A stretch of DNA of 64,000 bases. It comes from a virus. Within the stretch, counting starts at the first letter, position 1; each line of letters begins with the position of its first letter. A program made the position numbers and the translations under genes. The notes below the pieces were generated by a model, which was not told where the DNA came from, did not search any database, and saw only the letters and a list, made by a program, of their open reading frames with translations. This document shows positions 48,146 to 58,322 of this stretch, in pieces. The stretch lies in the IMG/VR virus record IMGVR_UViG_3300017917_001274, positions 4,128 through 68,127 of that record; one strand, 5' to 3'.

Positions 48146-49547
48146 CTGTGTTCATGTTGCTGAGAATTTCACGCAGTTTTGTGCTCTGCACAGTTCCACG
48201 TACCTTGCCTACGGGTTCGCCGTCTGCAGGATCTTCTCTTTGTATTTCAGTTTTACGTTTAATATTTTCGATTAGGCTGCTGGCTCCTCTGCCAACTGCG
48301 CCGTTGCCTTCCTGTTCATCTTCTGGTAGATCTGTAATTTTAAGACTTTCGAGATTAAACTCAAGATCTACCTTTTGTCCTACACCGCTTGACGAACGAG
48401 TCTTCATCAACTGAATTTGATAACGACCACGTTCACGCATAGCTCTTGAAGTAAAGATACCGAACACGTTATCAGCAGTTTGAATCTTACTAAGTCCGCC
48501 CGAAATGTGACTATGATCAAACTCTACTTCTTCTACAGCACCACGATTCAACTGTGCCGCAGTGACCAGCACACAGTTCTTTTCTACTGCAAGATTGCGT
48601 AATTCTTCAGATACATATTTGTCTTTGATAAACAAATCTGCCGGGCTAATTTTACGGCTTACAGGCATTAATAAATCCAGATAGTCAACTAAAAGTATGT
48701 CTACTTTTCGATCTGTTTTAATTTCATATTCTTTCAAGTATGCACGTAGATCATTGGCAGTCTTACCGCTGGGCATATATTTGACTTGATATGCACCCGA
48801 TTTCTTACCAATGATCTTGACCTTCATTTCAACGTCATCAAGATCTTTAAAAATTTCCTTGGTTGGAATTCCTGTAAGCATGGCATCAATACGCATTGAT
48901 ACAAGTTCTTCTGAAAGTTCTAATGTTAGATAAACTACATTTAAACCTTGTAATGCCCAGTTCACACCTAAGTTTGCCAAGAATAAAGATTTACCTGCAC
49001 CCGAACCTCCAGCAAAAATATTCAGTTCGCCTCTGTTCATTCCACCAAATAGTTTCTTATCAAGAGTCGGCCAACCTGTACTAATCTGACCATTCTTGTC
49101 TTTGATCTTCATTAATCGACTTCTGGGATCTTCAAAGTAATCTGTACCCATGTCTTTGGCAAGACCAATTTGTACTGCTTCTTTGACCATGACTTCTACC
49201 GCACCATAGTCATGCTTTTCTAATAAGTCTGCTGAATTGATAATTGCACGTTCTAATGCTTTGTGACGAGTAAAGTTTTCAAACTCGTCCATAAGCCAAT
49301 CCATGTGCCCTGCCTTGATATCCTCGGGACGTGCAAGATCGATTCTACACGATGCATTGACCATTTCGTAGTCTGGCAGTACAGAATATTCTTTAGCGTA
49401 AGCATTGATAAACTCTGCCGCATCTTGTAATTTTCGATCAAATAATGTGTGATCAAAAATACCTTGACAACGCACAAACACTTCAGCGTCTGCTAACATC
49501 AATTCAAGATATAATTTTTGTACTTCGTATCCGTAATCTTTAATCAT
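48126..49547 (-). CDS. Replicative DnaB-like helicase (T4 gp41-like)
   Basis: STGW..LD, GGSGAGKS, TLELSE, LVDYLDLL, TAAQLNR, MKTR. Confidence 0.93.
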   Translation of the reverse strand: MIKDYGYEVQKLYLELMLADAEVFVRCQGIFDHTLFDRKLQDAAEFINAYAKEYSVLPDYEMVNASCRIDLARPEDIKAGHMDWLMDEFENFTRHKALERAIINSADLLEKHDYGAVEVMVKEAVQIGLAKDMGTDYFEDPRSRLMKIKDKNGQISTGWPTLDKKLFGGMNRGELNIFAGGSGAGKSLFLANLGVNWALQGLNVVYLTLELSEELVSMRIDAMLTGIPTKEIFKDLDDVEMKVKIIGKKSGAYQVKYMPSGKTANDLRAYLKEYEIKTDRKVDILLVDYLDLLMPVSRKISPADLFIKDKYVSEELRNLAVEKNCVLVTAAQLNRGAVEEVEFDHSHISGGLSKIQTADNVFGIFTSRAMRERGRYQIQLMKTRSSSGVGQKVDLEFNLESLKITDLPEDEQEGNGAVGRGASSLIENIKRKTEIQREDPADGEPVGKVRGTVQSTKLREILSNMNTDEDAPF

Positions 49548-49564
49548 AGTTAATATTATACATT

Positions 49565-51034
49565 CTAATTAAACACAGGTAAACCGTATTTTTTACTCCA
49601 ACGTTCAGCGTCCCGGTGATCGTTAATCATAGGCTCGCCTTTGATGTTCAAACTGGTATTCAACAACATAGGACAACCTGTACGCTCATACCAAATTTCT
49701 AACAATTTTCTAAATTCTGGGTTATCTGATTTACTGACCGTTTGCACACGGCTGGTACCGTCATAGTGTACTACGGCTGGAAAAGACTCAGATTTTGTAC
49801 AAACCGCAATTTGTTGCATGTAAGGTGTTGATTTTGTTGGCATTTTAAAGTACTGATCTGCGAATTCTTCTAAAATAGCCGGAGCAAAGGGTCTGAATAG
49901 TTCTCTTTGCTTAATGTCATTAATTAGAGCCTTTATTTCGGGATCTCTGGGATCTGCTAACAAACTTCTGTTGCCTAACGCTCTGGGCCCGAATTCAGCT
50001 CGACCTCTTGCTATGCCGCAGAATTTATTTTTTATAAGATAATCTACAATAGTTTCATTGCTGGTTTGGTATCCCATATCGTAGCCCAAATACGGACCTT
50101 GCCAATCTATATGAGTTTTGTTATGAGCCAGAACAGCACCAATAGCACTGCCATTATCGCCGGGGGCAGGCATAATCCAAACATTATCAAAGTATTTGTA
50201 AGCTATAGGATTTGCAGAACAGTTTAATGCACATCCTCCCATAAGAACAAGATTTCTACTACTGCTTCTTTGTACAGCCATTTGTAAAATGCGTTCAAAT
50301 ACTGTTTCATAGATTTTTTGAGTAGCAGCAGCAATATCAAATAAATCCTGTTGAGAATTTAAATCCGGTCTCCAATCTTTACAGCCTCTATGTAAATTCT
50401 TTTTAAGTCTGTAAGGATGTCCGTAATCGTCATTGGGTAGCTCTATAAAATCGTTGAATATATCTTTGAACAATCTATTTGGATTACCTAATGCTGCCAT
50501 GCCCATAAGAATATATTCTTCTTCATTAGGCTTTAGATTGCAACGCTGAGTCATTGCAGAGTAAAATAATCCTAAACTTTGAGGATATTCTAAATCGTTG
50601 TATTTTGTTAAAGTATTGCCCTGAGCTTCCCATTGTGTAAAGCACTCAAATTCACCTATAGCATCAATAACTAACACACAGGCATTATCAAATTTGCTGG
50701 TATAATAACCAGCAGCCGCATGACTTTTATGATGACTGGTTGTTTTAATTGGAGCTTCTATTCCGTATTTTTTTAGATATCGTTTTATGTTATTATCTTG
50801 AAATCCTTGCCCTGCGGTCAATTGTCTCAAAGTCTTTAACCAAGGACGTTCGTACCAAATAACCTTATCTGGTTTACCGTATTGTAAAGCATACTTAATT
50901 AGTTCCGTGTTTAAATCTGGATCGTTTTTAACTTTACTAAATCGTTCGCTGTCACTGGCAAACATTAATTTGTCGTTGTCAAATACTGCTAATGCAGCAT
51001 TATGACTGTTTGCTGATATTCCCCATGTGATCAT
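49565..51034 (-). CDS. Carbamoyltransferase (NodU/CmcH/TobZ family)
   Basis: SERFSKVKND, HHKSHAAAGYY, DAIGE, EFGPRALGNRS, FRPFAP, DGTSRVQTV, LNTSLN. Confidence 0.93.
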   Translation of the reverse strand: MITWGISANSHNAALAVFDNDKLMFASDSERFSKVKNDPDLNTELIKYALQYGKPDKVIWYERPWLKTLRQLTAGQGFQDNNIKRYLKKYGIEAPIKTTSHHKSHAAAGYYTSKFDNACVLVIDAIGEFECFTQWEAQGNTLTKYNDLEYPQSLGLFYSAMTQRCNLKPNEEEYILMGMAALGNPNRLFKDIFNDFIELPNDDYGHPYRLKKNLHRGCKDWRPDLNSQQDLFDIAAATQKIYETVFERILQMAVQRSSSRNLVLMGGCALNCSANPIAYKYFDNVWIMPAPGDNGSAIGAVLAHNKTHIDWQGPYLGYDMGYQTSNETIVDYLIKNKFCGIARGRAEFGPRALGNRSLLADPRDPEIKALINDIKQRELFRPFAPAILEEFADQYFKMPTKSTPYMQQIAVCTKSESFPAVVHYDGTSRVQTVSKSDNPEFRKLLEIWYERTGCPMLLNTSLNIKGEPMINDHRDAERWSKKYGLPVFN

Positions 51035-51226
51035 TTCGATTGTCTTAGTCCTGTACCTTGTATATATTTTGTATAATAATTTACTTTTTGAGGATTCTCT
51101 CCAAACTGAGCATCGTGTCTTGCATTAGCTTCCCGAACCATTTGTTCAAATTGTGCTTTCTTTTCTTTTTGTTTTTGTTTTTTCAGAGACCGATGGCCTG
51201 GATTAGTTCTTCCCATTATCTTTCCT

Positions 51227-51343
51227 TTATTTGTATATGAACGGATCTCGGTTCTTGAGTTCTTTTATCTTGTTTTTAAGACGACGATACTCTTTGTATT
51301 TTTTAAAGGGTATCAAAAGAAAATTATAGAATTTCTTTATCAT
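51227..51343 (-). CDS. 38-aa basic micro-protein (not in ORF track)
   Basis: MIKKFYNF...KNRDPFIYK*, overlapping the primase end. Confidence 0.45.
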   Translation of the reverse strand: MIKKFYNFLLIPFKKYKEYRRLKNKIKELKNRDPFIYK

Positions 51344-52352
51344 ATTCTAACCTTTCTAACTTATGTTCCATTTGTTTTTTCGCCATATTAACTTTTATGG
51401 CTCCTTTTTGTGCTGTCTTAATTGCATCAACAATTACAAATAATTTACCATATCTTTGCACTGCTTCGGCAACATCTTTTACATCGTCTTCCCAATTAGG
51501 CATAGCCACAGACCAATTTAGTTCTGCGCATCGATCAAATAATGCCAGTCCTGCTCGATCTTGGTCTGGTATTACTATAACTTCACTGCCAAGACTATTA
51601 ATTATTCTACTTTGTTGATCGGCAATTTCATTAGTGAGTAAAGCCATTCCGCCTATAGCTAATGCGTCAAATGGACCTTCACACACAAACACATATCGCT
51701 GATCCTCTTGCTGTGCATCAACGTTGAATACAAAATGCGGATGTTGATCTGATAGGTATTTAGGTTTGCCGTCTGTTACTTTTCTTGCAGTATTACCTAC
51801 AATTCTGTGCTGATATCGAAAAGGAATGATTACTCTTGAATCGTATCCAGATACCGGACTCCAATAGAAATTATTACTCAGCGGATCGCAATTTCTATTC
51901 AGTAGATATTCTACAACTTGGGATATCTTAGATTCTATATCAGCATCTTGAACAGACAACCATTCGCTGATCGGAAGAGCACCTTCTGGAAGAGGTTTGT
52001 CAGTGAACTCAACTTTGTGTTGACTTGGTTGCGGTATATATTCGGGACTTTCTGTTTTTAGGGATTCGAAAACTAATTCTTTAATGTCGTCCTCGCCGGC
52101 ACCTAACCACCTCGATAGACTTTTCATCTTTTCACCGAACGGCGAACCTGGCTGCCATCCTGTGGTAAACTTACAGTTAAAGCAATTGTAAATTATACCG
52201 TCGCCGTCAAACCGGATGCCTCCACGTTTACGAGTATCTGGACTATGTCCGCGATGCTGGCAACAAGGACAGTTAAATGATGTCCAACCACTCGGGCTCT
52301 TTTTAGCACGTGGCGGAATCAGTGTTCGAAATTTGTCTACGACTAAAGTCAT
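51324..52352 (-). CDS. DNA primase (T4 gp61-like)
   Basis: N-terminal Zn motif CPCC...NCFNC, RVIIPF, PKY, TOPRIM CEGPFDA, IPDQD, KDVAE. Confidence 0.9.
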   Translation of the reverse strand: MTLVVDKFRTLIPPRAKKSPSGWTSFNCPCCQHRGHSPDTRKRGGIRFDGDGIIYNCFNCKFTTGWQPGSPFGEKMKSLSRWLGAGEDDIKELVFESLKTESPEYIPQPSQHKVEFTDKPLPEGALPISEWLSVQDADIESKISQVVEYLLNRNCDPLSNNFYWSPVSGYDSRVIIPFRYQHRIVGNTARKVTDGKPKYLSDQHPHFVFNVDAQQEDQRYVFVCEGPFDALAIGGMALLTNEIADQQSRIINSLGSEVIVIPDQDRAGLALFDRCAELNWSVAMPNWEDDVKDVAEAVQRYGKLFVIVDAIKTAQKGAIKVNMAKKQMEHKLERLEYDKEIL

Positions 52353-52364
52353 AGCACAAGTTTA

Positions 52365-53438
52365 CTATCTATATAATATTTTGTCAATACTATTTGTTAC
52401 GATATTGGTATCATCCAAAACAAAAGTTCTTACACCGTTATAGGATAATCCAGTCCAAGAAATACCAGTAATGGTGCCTTGCCCATCTACAGAGGTAACA
52501 GTAATGGTAAGATCGTTGGTAGTAAGTTCACCACCCAATTTATTACCGGGAATTACAATAGTATTTCCTATGTTATAGCCTTTGCCGCCTTCGTTAATAC
52601 TGACATTATATGTCAATAACATTCCCTGCGCTACTGTAAATTTAGCTGTTCTGCTGGATAGAGTCGGCACATGTTTGACTCTAAACCAATTCCATTTTCC
52701 TGTGATGTTCTTATATTTTTCAGTGGTTAAATCTATAGTTGTGATGTCTACCCAATTGTGAGGTGTGGCGCCCTGTTCGTCGATACTGCCTTGAATAGTT
52801 ACTGTGCCAAGGTAGTTTGAAGAATAAAATTGAAAGGTGTGTAAGTTACCTGCACTGTTTATTGTTGGCTTGGCATCGATAATACTACTGATATAGAATT
52901 TAGGATTTTCGCTGCCAAGTGCAAATGGGTTTGTATATTCAAATTTGTTAACTACGATACTTGGTTCAACGTCTCCTAATACATCTCCAAGAACTTCGAT
53001 AGTGCCGATGGTATCGTATTGGCTGTCCATGTATAACGGTATACGTGAAGTAACTTTATAATCTGTAGAATCTACAGTTTCTCTAACTTCTTTTAAAATA
53101 CTATATTCGTAGAATCCTGGATCTATATCTAAAAGATCGTATTCTGTTAGAACAACAGTTACCTTTCCAGTGACAAGATCCATTGCAGAAAAATCTTTCT
53201 GTAATACTAAATCTTTAGTGTCTCTACGTAAAAGATTAAATACCAAAGTAGACCCAGTTATGTTACTGGCCTTTTGATCTGAATTACGTACCTGAACATC
53301 AATGCGATTATCGACACTGCGATATATTTTTAAATTTCGATTATACACTCTACGATACCTCTCCGAAGTCCAAGAGTCCGAGGGATTTGTAAATACATCT
53401 AACTTATTTGAGTATAAATAAACAGGATTAAATTGCAT
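52365..53438 (-). CDS. Probable virion structural (baseplate/tail) protein
   Basis: 357 aa, beta-rich, with GG.GY..GN..IPG..LGG-type repeat; TAAATA upstream. Confidence 0.5.
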   Translation of the reverse strand: MQFNPVYLYSNKLDVFTNPSDSWTSERYRRVYNRNLKIYRSVDNRIDVQVRNSDQKASNITGSTLVFNLLRRDTKDLVLQKDFSAMDLVTGKVTVVLTEYDLLDIDPGFYEYSILKEVRETVDSTDYKVTSRIPLYMDSQYDTIGTIEVLGDVLGDVEPSIVVNKFEYTNPFALGSENPKFYISSIIDAKPTINSAGNLHTFQFYSSNYLGTVTIQGSIDEQGATPHNWVDITTIDLTTEKYKNITGKWNWFRVKHVPTLSSRTAKFTVAQGMLLTYNVSINEGGKGYNIGNTIVIPGNKLGGELTTNDLTITVTSVDGQGTITGISWTGLSYNGVRTFVLDDTNIVTNSIDKILYR

Positions 53439-53469
53439 ACATTAACGGACCTTTAGCAATATTTATCGA

Positions 53470-53841
53470 ATGAGAATAACAACAAACCTACAAGAAAACT
53501 TTCCGTTTATAAGCGTTATAACCCATGTTAATCAAGAATACGTGGGTATAATTATTAACCAAGATGCTCAAGTAACCAGCTTGTATGACTATTCTGCTAT
53601 ACGTACAGAAGAAGAAAAACAACGATTTTTAGAACTTGGCGAAGCTTGGTGGTGGGAATCTAATAGACAAATTCCTATTAATATTTTCTTATCCAGAGAA
53701 ATTATTGAATTTAGATATGTAATTAGAAATTTTAGTACCAAGGATGTCAAAGTAGTACTTGGGCCTTGCACCAGTTTAAATGATATTATAGTTAAACGCA
53801 TCAAGCGTAAATCTATTACTTTAGTTAGAAAACCTTCTTAA
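53470..53841 (+). CDS. Hypothetical phage protein
   Basis: 123 aa, WWWESNRQIPINIFL. Confidence 0.6.
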   Translation: MRITTNLQENFPFISVITHVNQEYVGIIINQDAQVTSLYDYSAIRTEEEKQRFLELGEAWWWESNRQIPINIFLSREIIEFRYVIRNFSTKDVKVVLGPCTSLNDIIVKRIKRKSITLVRKPS

Positions 53842-54416
53842 TTATATCCGTAACTGATCTGTTCACAGATTAAATTCATTTGAACCACCACTGCTACTGC
53901 ATAAGCAGTTGCATGACTCTTTTTAAAGAAGTAATCAGCATTATCTGGCTTGGTCCAAACTTCGTTCATTATGGTGTTCCAGTCTTTGTCCACGAGATGT
54001 CTTTTCGCCGGACGAATCATTGCCAACACTGCTGCCAACTGTTCTATACTTGTTGGCTTGGTTTTTCTTAGAATATCACCGTGTCCGTTCACATGAAACA
54101 ACAAACTGTTAAAATCATCTTGTTCTAACAAGTCCCATAGCGGTTCTCGATTCATTAATTCTATAAGATGATCTTCATTTTTTACACCATTATATAGACC
54201 AACATTAAGAAAATCAATTTTAAAATACCCTCGATCTTCTGCTACGTCATAAGGTACTGCACAAACTCCTTCGACAGCATTCATTGGCACTGAATGAAAA
54301 TAAACCCCAGTGTTATGTTTTACTAATTTATTATCGTCAATTCGACTGGCCTTGATATGCTTGAACAAAGTCAAGGCTTGATCTCTGTTAACAAAGTCTA
54401 TGTCAATGTCCGGCAT
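53838..54416 (-). CDS. Miniature DnaE (Pol III alpha)-like protein
   Basis: PDIDIDF, KHNTGVY, KIDFL, LAMIRP and FKKSHATAY in the correct order within 192 aa. Confidence 0.75.
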   Translation of the reverse strand: MPDIDIDFVNRDQALTLFKHIKASRIDDNKLVKHNTGVYFHSVPMNAVEGVCAVPYDVAEDRGYFKIDFLNVGLYNGVKNEDHLIELMNREPLWDLLEQDDFNSLLFHVNGHGDILRKTKPTSIEQLAAVLAMIRPAKRHLVDKDWNTIMNEVWTKPDNADYFFKKSHATAYAVAVVVQMNLICEQISYGYN

Positions 54417-54822
54417 GTTTCAACCTTTTTCCAATGTGAGGGACCTGCTGCAGGATCACTATGTCCAATATATCTTTCTCCAGTTTGCATATCTATAAGC
54501 ATATACTTTTCTGGGCACTTTGTATAGACCTCTAAGGTGATTGCTTTGTCCAATTCTGGAACGTCGTTGCCATCTAATAGTGTTCTGGTTTTCATTGTAG
54601 TCTTGTAGTTTCGTATAATAATAACGGTAATGTATTTGCTAAAAAGTCTGCGTACTCCTCGGCATCTTCTGCATCTTCAAAACCAGTAAATTTTACATAG
54701 ACTGCAGGCTCGTCGTCTGTAGTATGCATGACTTCGATATCAAGATCATCTCTGGAAATAAATTCTTCGTTTTCTTTTAATTCTTCTATTTGAATTTCCG
54801 GTTCTGGTTTTTTCTTTGGCAT
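54398..54822 (-). CDS. Two small hypothetical proteins (54398-54595, 54592-54822)
   Basis: Translationally coupled ORFs. Confidence 0.5.
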
Positions 54823-55505
54823 TATAATATCTTCGCCTCCTTTACAATATCTTTAACTAATTCTACATCAGCTGGCAAAGATTTGAATCTACGCATCCAA
54901 AATTGAGGATCGATTATTTCGCCAATTATTTCTAATTGCTCGTCATTCATTCGTTGTAGCATTTCTTTGCCCGACTTGGTATTTAATACCAACCAAGGGC
55001 TAACCAATCCTTCTTTAATATCGTGTGTGGCTCTGTTTAAATTTACATACTGAAAATAATGTTCCCATGCCGCAGTATTTTTATCAGCCCAATCCATCAT
55101 AGTTTTAATACTTCGCTGTATTGCTCCGTCGGCGGGTTCTATTTTAATTAGTTCGCTAATATAGGTGTCATATAACTCATCTCGGCACCAGTGATCAAGT
55201 TTAACTCCGCTTTTAATTACAAAATCTATAAATCTTTCTGGATATATCGGAGCGGTGTTAATCATAAAACTACCAAACTTTACAAAGGCAGTATAGTAAG
55301 GACTTGAAGCAAAGTCGTCGAATGATTTCTGCGATTTACCTTTTTGTGTAATTTCGTAAAATCTTTGATAGGTCAATAAGCCCGCTTGAACATGCTTTTC
55401 ATCTTTGCTAAGATGCCTACGTTTTTGTTCACAGACATGCACAGCCAAGGTTTTTTCTTTGGCAAAGAGTTTACTGCAATACTCGCATTTATAGTTTAAT
55501 TCCAT
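54822..55505 (-). CDS. Protein with N-terminal C2HC/C2H2-like Zn finger
   Basis: YKCEYCSKLF..EKTL..HVC; start MELNYK. Confidence 0.6.
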   Translation of the reverse strand: MELNYKCEYCSKLFAKEKTLAVHVCEQKRRHLSKDEKHVQAGLLTYQRFYEITQKGKSQKSFDDFASSPYYTAFVKFGSFMINTAPIYPERFIDFVIKSGVKLDHWCRDELYDTYISELIKIEPADGAIQRSIKTMMDWADKNTAAWEHYFQYVNLNRATHDIKEGLVSPWLVLNTKSGKEMLQRMNDEQLEIIGEIIDPQFWMRRFKSLPADVELVKDIVKEAKIL

Positions 55506-55968
55506 TGACTTGTTTTTTGTCCCAACCGAGCTCTTCGCAATATTTTTTGATTTCTTTTTCTGTGACAATAGCTGCAAGTGTTTCAACGTCGGCTCTCTTC
55601 ATGTTAGGAAATAGGTCTGCTAAAAATTCTTCTTTTTTGTTCTTTTCTTTCTTTAGTGGTAACCACTCATGAAAGTGTGATTTCTTACTTTCGTGACTGC
55701 ATAGACATAATGTCTGCCATACTAATTTTGGATGTTTCTGTATGTCTGCCCAGTTCTTATTATAGTATTCATTTACAGTAAGAACATAGTGTTCTTGCAA
55801 TTCTCTATTACTGGTTTTGACATTACTAATATATCGATTCAATGTCCAGAAATCGCCCTTGATTTCTTTTCTACCTTCTTCTGTGGCGGCATCCCAAAGC
55901 TCTTTGATACCCATATCAACTGCGGGTATCATGTCTTTGAATAGGTCTACGTGTTTATTCTGTCCCAT
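55489..55968 (-). CDS. Hypothetical protein, possibly clamp-loader small subunit (gp62-like)
   Basis: Size, replication-gene context and LNRYIS...WL..KKEK pattern. Tentative. Confidence 0.35.
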   Translation of the reverse strand: MGQNKHVDLFKDMIPAVDMGIKELWDAATEEGRKEIKGDFWTLNRYISNVKTSNRELQEHYVLTVNEYYNKNWADIQKHPKLVWQTLCLCSHESKKSHFHEWLPLKKEKNKKEEFLADLFPNMKRADVETLAAIVTEKEIKKYCEELGWDKKQVNGIKL

Positions 55969-56239
55969 CTTTTTTACTCAGTTCGTATACTATTTTAACA
56001 CGATTAATGGCATCTTGCAAGACTTGATTAGATTTAGCTTCGATTAAAATTTTGTGCCAATATTGATTTTCTTTGATACTGTCTAATGAAGCACCGCGGA
56101 CTCTGGCTGGATTATCGTCCAATTCCCAATCGTAACCAATTTCGAATCGTTCATTGGCAGGAGCACCCATTTCTCTGGCATAAATCGTGCCTCCTTGCCT
56201 TTCGTATATGTAGGTAGCACCAGGTTTAAGTTGTCCCAT
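55955..56239 (-). CDS. Hypothetical phage protein
   Basis: MGQLKPGATYIYER. Confidence 0.55.
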   Translation of the reverse strand: MGQLKPGATYIYERQGGTIYAREMGAPANERFEIGYDWELDDNPARVRGASLDSIKENQYWHKILIEAKSNQVLQDAINRVKIVYELSKKDGTE

Positions 56240-56240
56240 T

Positions 56241-57065
56241 TTATACCTTTAATAAATCTTCTATTGAGTATAATTTTTGCATAAATTTAGACGGTTTGTC
56301 AAGAACGCTTCGTTCAAGATCGCCTTCTCTTCTTGGTTTGTCAAGTACTTGAAAATCACAGTTGTTGACAGTTTTATAAAGATCAATCATCTTTTTCACA
56401 GTGGTCCCGACGCCATGCCCTAATCCTTCTATTTGGTTTGTCGAATAGTCTATCGCTTTTATAACACTGTAACAAATTTCGTTTACATGTGTATAATCTC
56501 TAATTGCTGTACCGTCTTCGGTATTGTAATCGGTACCGTAAAGATTGAAGTGTCCAACGTTCTGTGCGTTAATCAAATTCCAAAGTAAACCATTTTGATT
56601 AGTAGGACTTATGCCATCCGATCCTGTAACATTATAAAATCTAAAAATAGTATAAGGTATATTATTTTCATAACAAAATTGTTTAACTATATCTTCGGCA
56701 CCTCGCTTGCTAATTCCGTATGGGTTATTCATAGGTCCTGCAGACCCAGTTGATGCATGAATAAGACGTTTAGTCTTTATGTTTTTTAAAACATTTAGTG
56801 TTCCGATTGTATTTGTTTCATAGTAAAGAGACGGATTTTTAACACTTCTAATTACAGAAACTTCTGCTGCTAAATGTATTACACAATCATAAATTTCGTT
56901 TACATTAAATTCTTTTTCTCTTATGTCTTGATAAAATTGTTTATCAAGTTCTATTTGACATTTTTTCTTGTCTAAGCCATGTAATTCATATTGTTTGTTT
57001 GACAACAAAATTTTAGAAAGGTGTGATCCTATATAACCTGAATTTCCTGTAATTAAGATTTTCAT
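56241..57065 (-). CDS. NAD-dependent epimerase (GalE-like)
   Basis: ITGNSGYIGSH, YGISK, RFYNV, DGTAIRDYTHV. Confidence 0.88.
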   Translation of the reverse strand: MKILITGNSGYIGSHLSKILLSNKQYELHGLDKKKCQIELDKQFYQDIREKEFNVNEIYDCVIHLAAEVSVIRSVKNPSLYYETNTIGTLNVLKNIKTKRLIHASTGSAGPMNNPYGISKRGAEDIVKQFCYENNIPYTIFRFYNVTGSDGISPTNQNGLLWNLINAQNVGHFNLYGTDYNTEDGTAIRDYTHVNEICYSVIKAIDYSTNQIEGLGHGVGTTVKKMIDLYKTVNNCDFQVLDKPRREGDLERSVLDKPSKFMQKLYSIEDLLKV

Positions 57066-57742
57066 AATAATCCTGGGTTGCCTGTTAGAGATAATTCGCC
57101 AATTCTATTATGATAAGCGGGATGTAGGCGAACAATAGTAGGTACTGTTACTGCTAAATCTACAATAGCATCACCTAACTGATTGTCTGCAGGTACAAAC
57201 CCGTTAACTGATATCCAATGAAGCAGTTTTGCTGCTGCGTGAGGCTTAATGATATACCCGTAGGCTCCCCTCATGTAATTACCAGTTCCGTTTTTATCAA
57301 CAAACTTTGCTTGAGCATTATGATACTTTTCTACTTGGATTTCTTGATGCTCTTGTTCTAATATTAAATCATTATAAGATTTAGAAAAAGGATCTAAGTT
57401 GTCTAATTTTAACACATCTGAAAACTGATTTAAAATGTTATCAGGTAACGGTTTAATAAAGTATCCGTCATGTTCTAAAATACAGAATGGAAGATTTTTC
57501 TTAGCACATTGCTGCCACAGATAATAATGACTTAAAAAACATCCGTATACTCCTGCACGACCTTTCTTAAATTTATATCTGGGAATAATTTTTAATTGTT
57601 CAAGATGCTTAGAATATTCTAATCCGTTTATAGCATCAAAATAGTCTACCTCTATACCGAATTTTTTAGCCTGCTCTACACACTCGTCAGCATGTTTTTC
57701 TGAAATGTGATTTCCTTTTAATCTTATTATTTTAAATTTCAT
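57062..57742 (-). CDS. Glycosyltransferase family 25-like
   Basis: FDAING, GCFLSHY.LW, ILEHD, GAYGYII.P.AA, PAD. Confidence 0.8.
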   Translation of the reverse strand: MKFKIIRLKGNHISEKHADECVEQAKKFGIEVDYFDAINGLEYSKHLEQLKIIPRYKFKKGRAGVYGCFLSHYYLWQQCAKKNLPFCILEHDGYFIKPLPDNILNQFSDVLKLDNLDPFSKSYNDLILEQEHQEIQVEKYHNAQAKFVDKNGTGNYMRGAYGYIIKPHAAAKLLHWISVNGFVPADNQLGDAIVDLAVTVPTIVRLHPAYHNRIGELSLTGNPGLL

Positions 57743-58322
57743 TGTATTTGACAAACGGTAATTTATGTAAATTATTACAATACCATTCCCAACTATTTTC
57801 GTGACGGATGTCAATAGGCACTTGAGGGGTCTTGGTAATAACTCCGCAACCACAATCCATAGCTATTAATTTAAATGTTATATCAGATCTGCCCATCAAA
57901 TCAAAAGCTAATCTCCAAACATCACCTAACCAATATCGAGTATTGGGCGATTTTATAGGCAACGGCATACTTGTTTCGTCTTCATGCACTGGTAACATGT
58001 CGTGAATTAAAATGATACCGTTTGGGTTTAAACGAGAAATGGCGTTGTTAACATCACGTGTAACCTGTTCGTAATGATGTAATCCGTCAATAAAAATAAC
58101 GTCAAAAGTATCTTGATAATTTTCAAAATACTGATCACTGGTCATTCTTAACGAGCCGCCTCTTACAGGATCAACTCCGACCTTTTTTTGACAATTTATG
58201 TGTCTAAAAATTTGATCTTTGTCGCAGCCGATTTCTAAATAGCTTTTAGCATTAACTTTATTAAGGGATTTTAAAATTAATTCTAATCTATTAAAACTTT
58301 CAAAATTTATATTTGCTTTCAT
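57732..58322 (-). CDS. Class I SAM methyltransferase (Methyltransf_24-like)
   Basis: YLEIGC, GVDP, FDVIFIDGLHHYEQV, HD. Confidence 0.85.
   Translation of the reverse strand: MKANINFESFNRLELILKSLNKVNAKSYLEIGCDKDQIFRHINCQKKVGVDPVRGGSLRMTSDQYFENYQDTFDVIFIDGLHHYEQVTRDVNNAISRLNPNGIILIHDMLPVHEDETSMPLPIKSPNTRYWLGDVWRLAFDLMGRSDITFKLIAMDCGCGVITKTPQVPIDIRHENSWEWYCNNLHKLPFVKYNEI

Noticed and set aside
53838-54416. dnaE pseudogene or intein/intron-split fragment
   Set aside because: The motifs are contiguous with internal domains cleanly absent. No frameshifted remnants or intein/intron signatures appear in the flanking ORFs.
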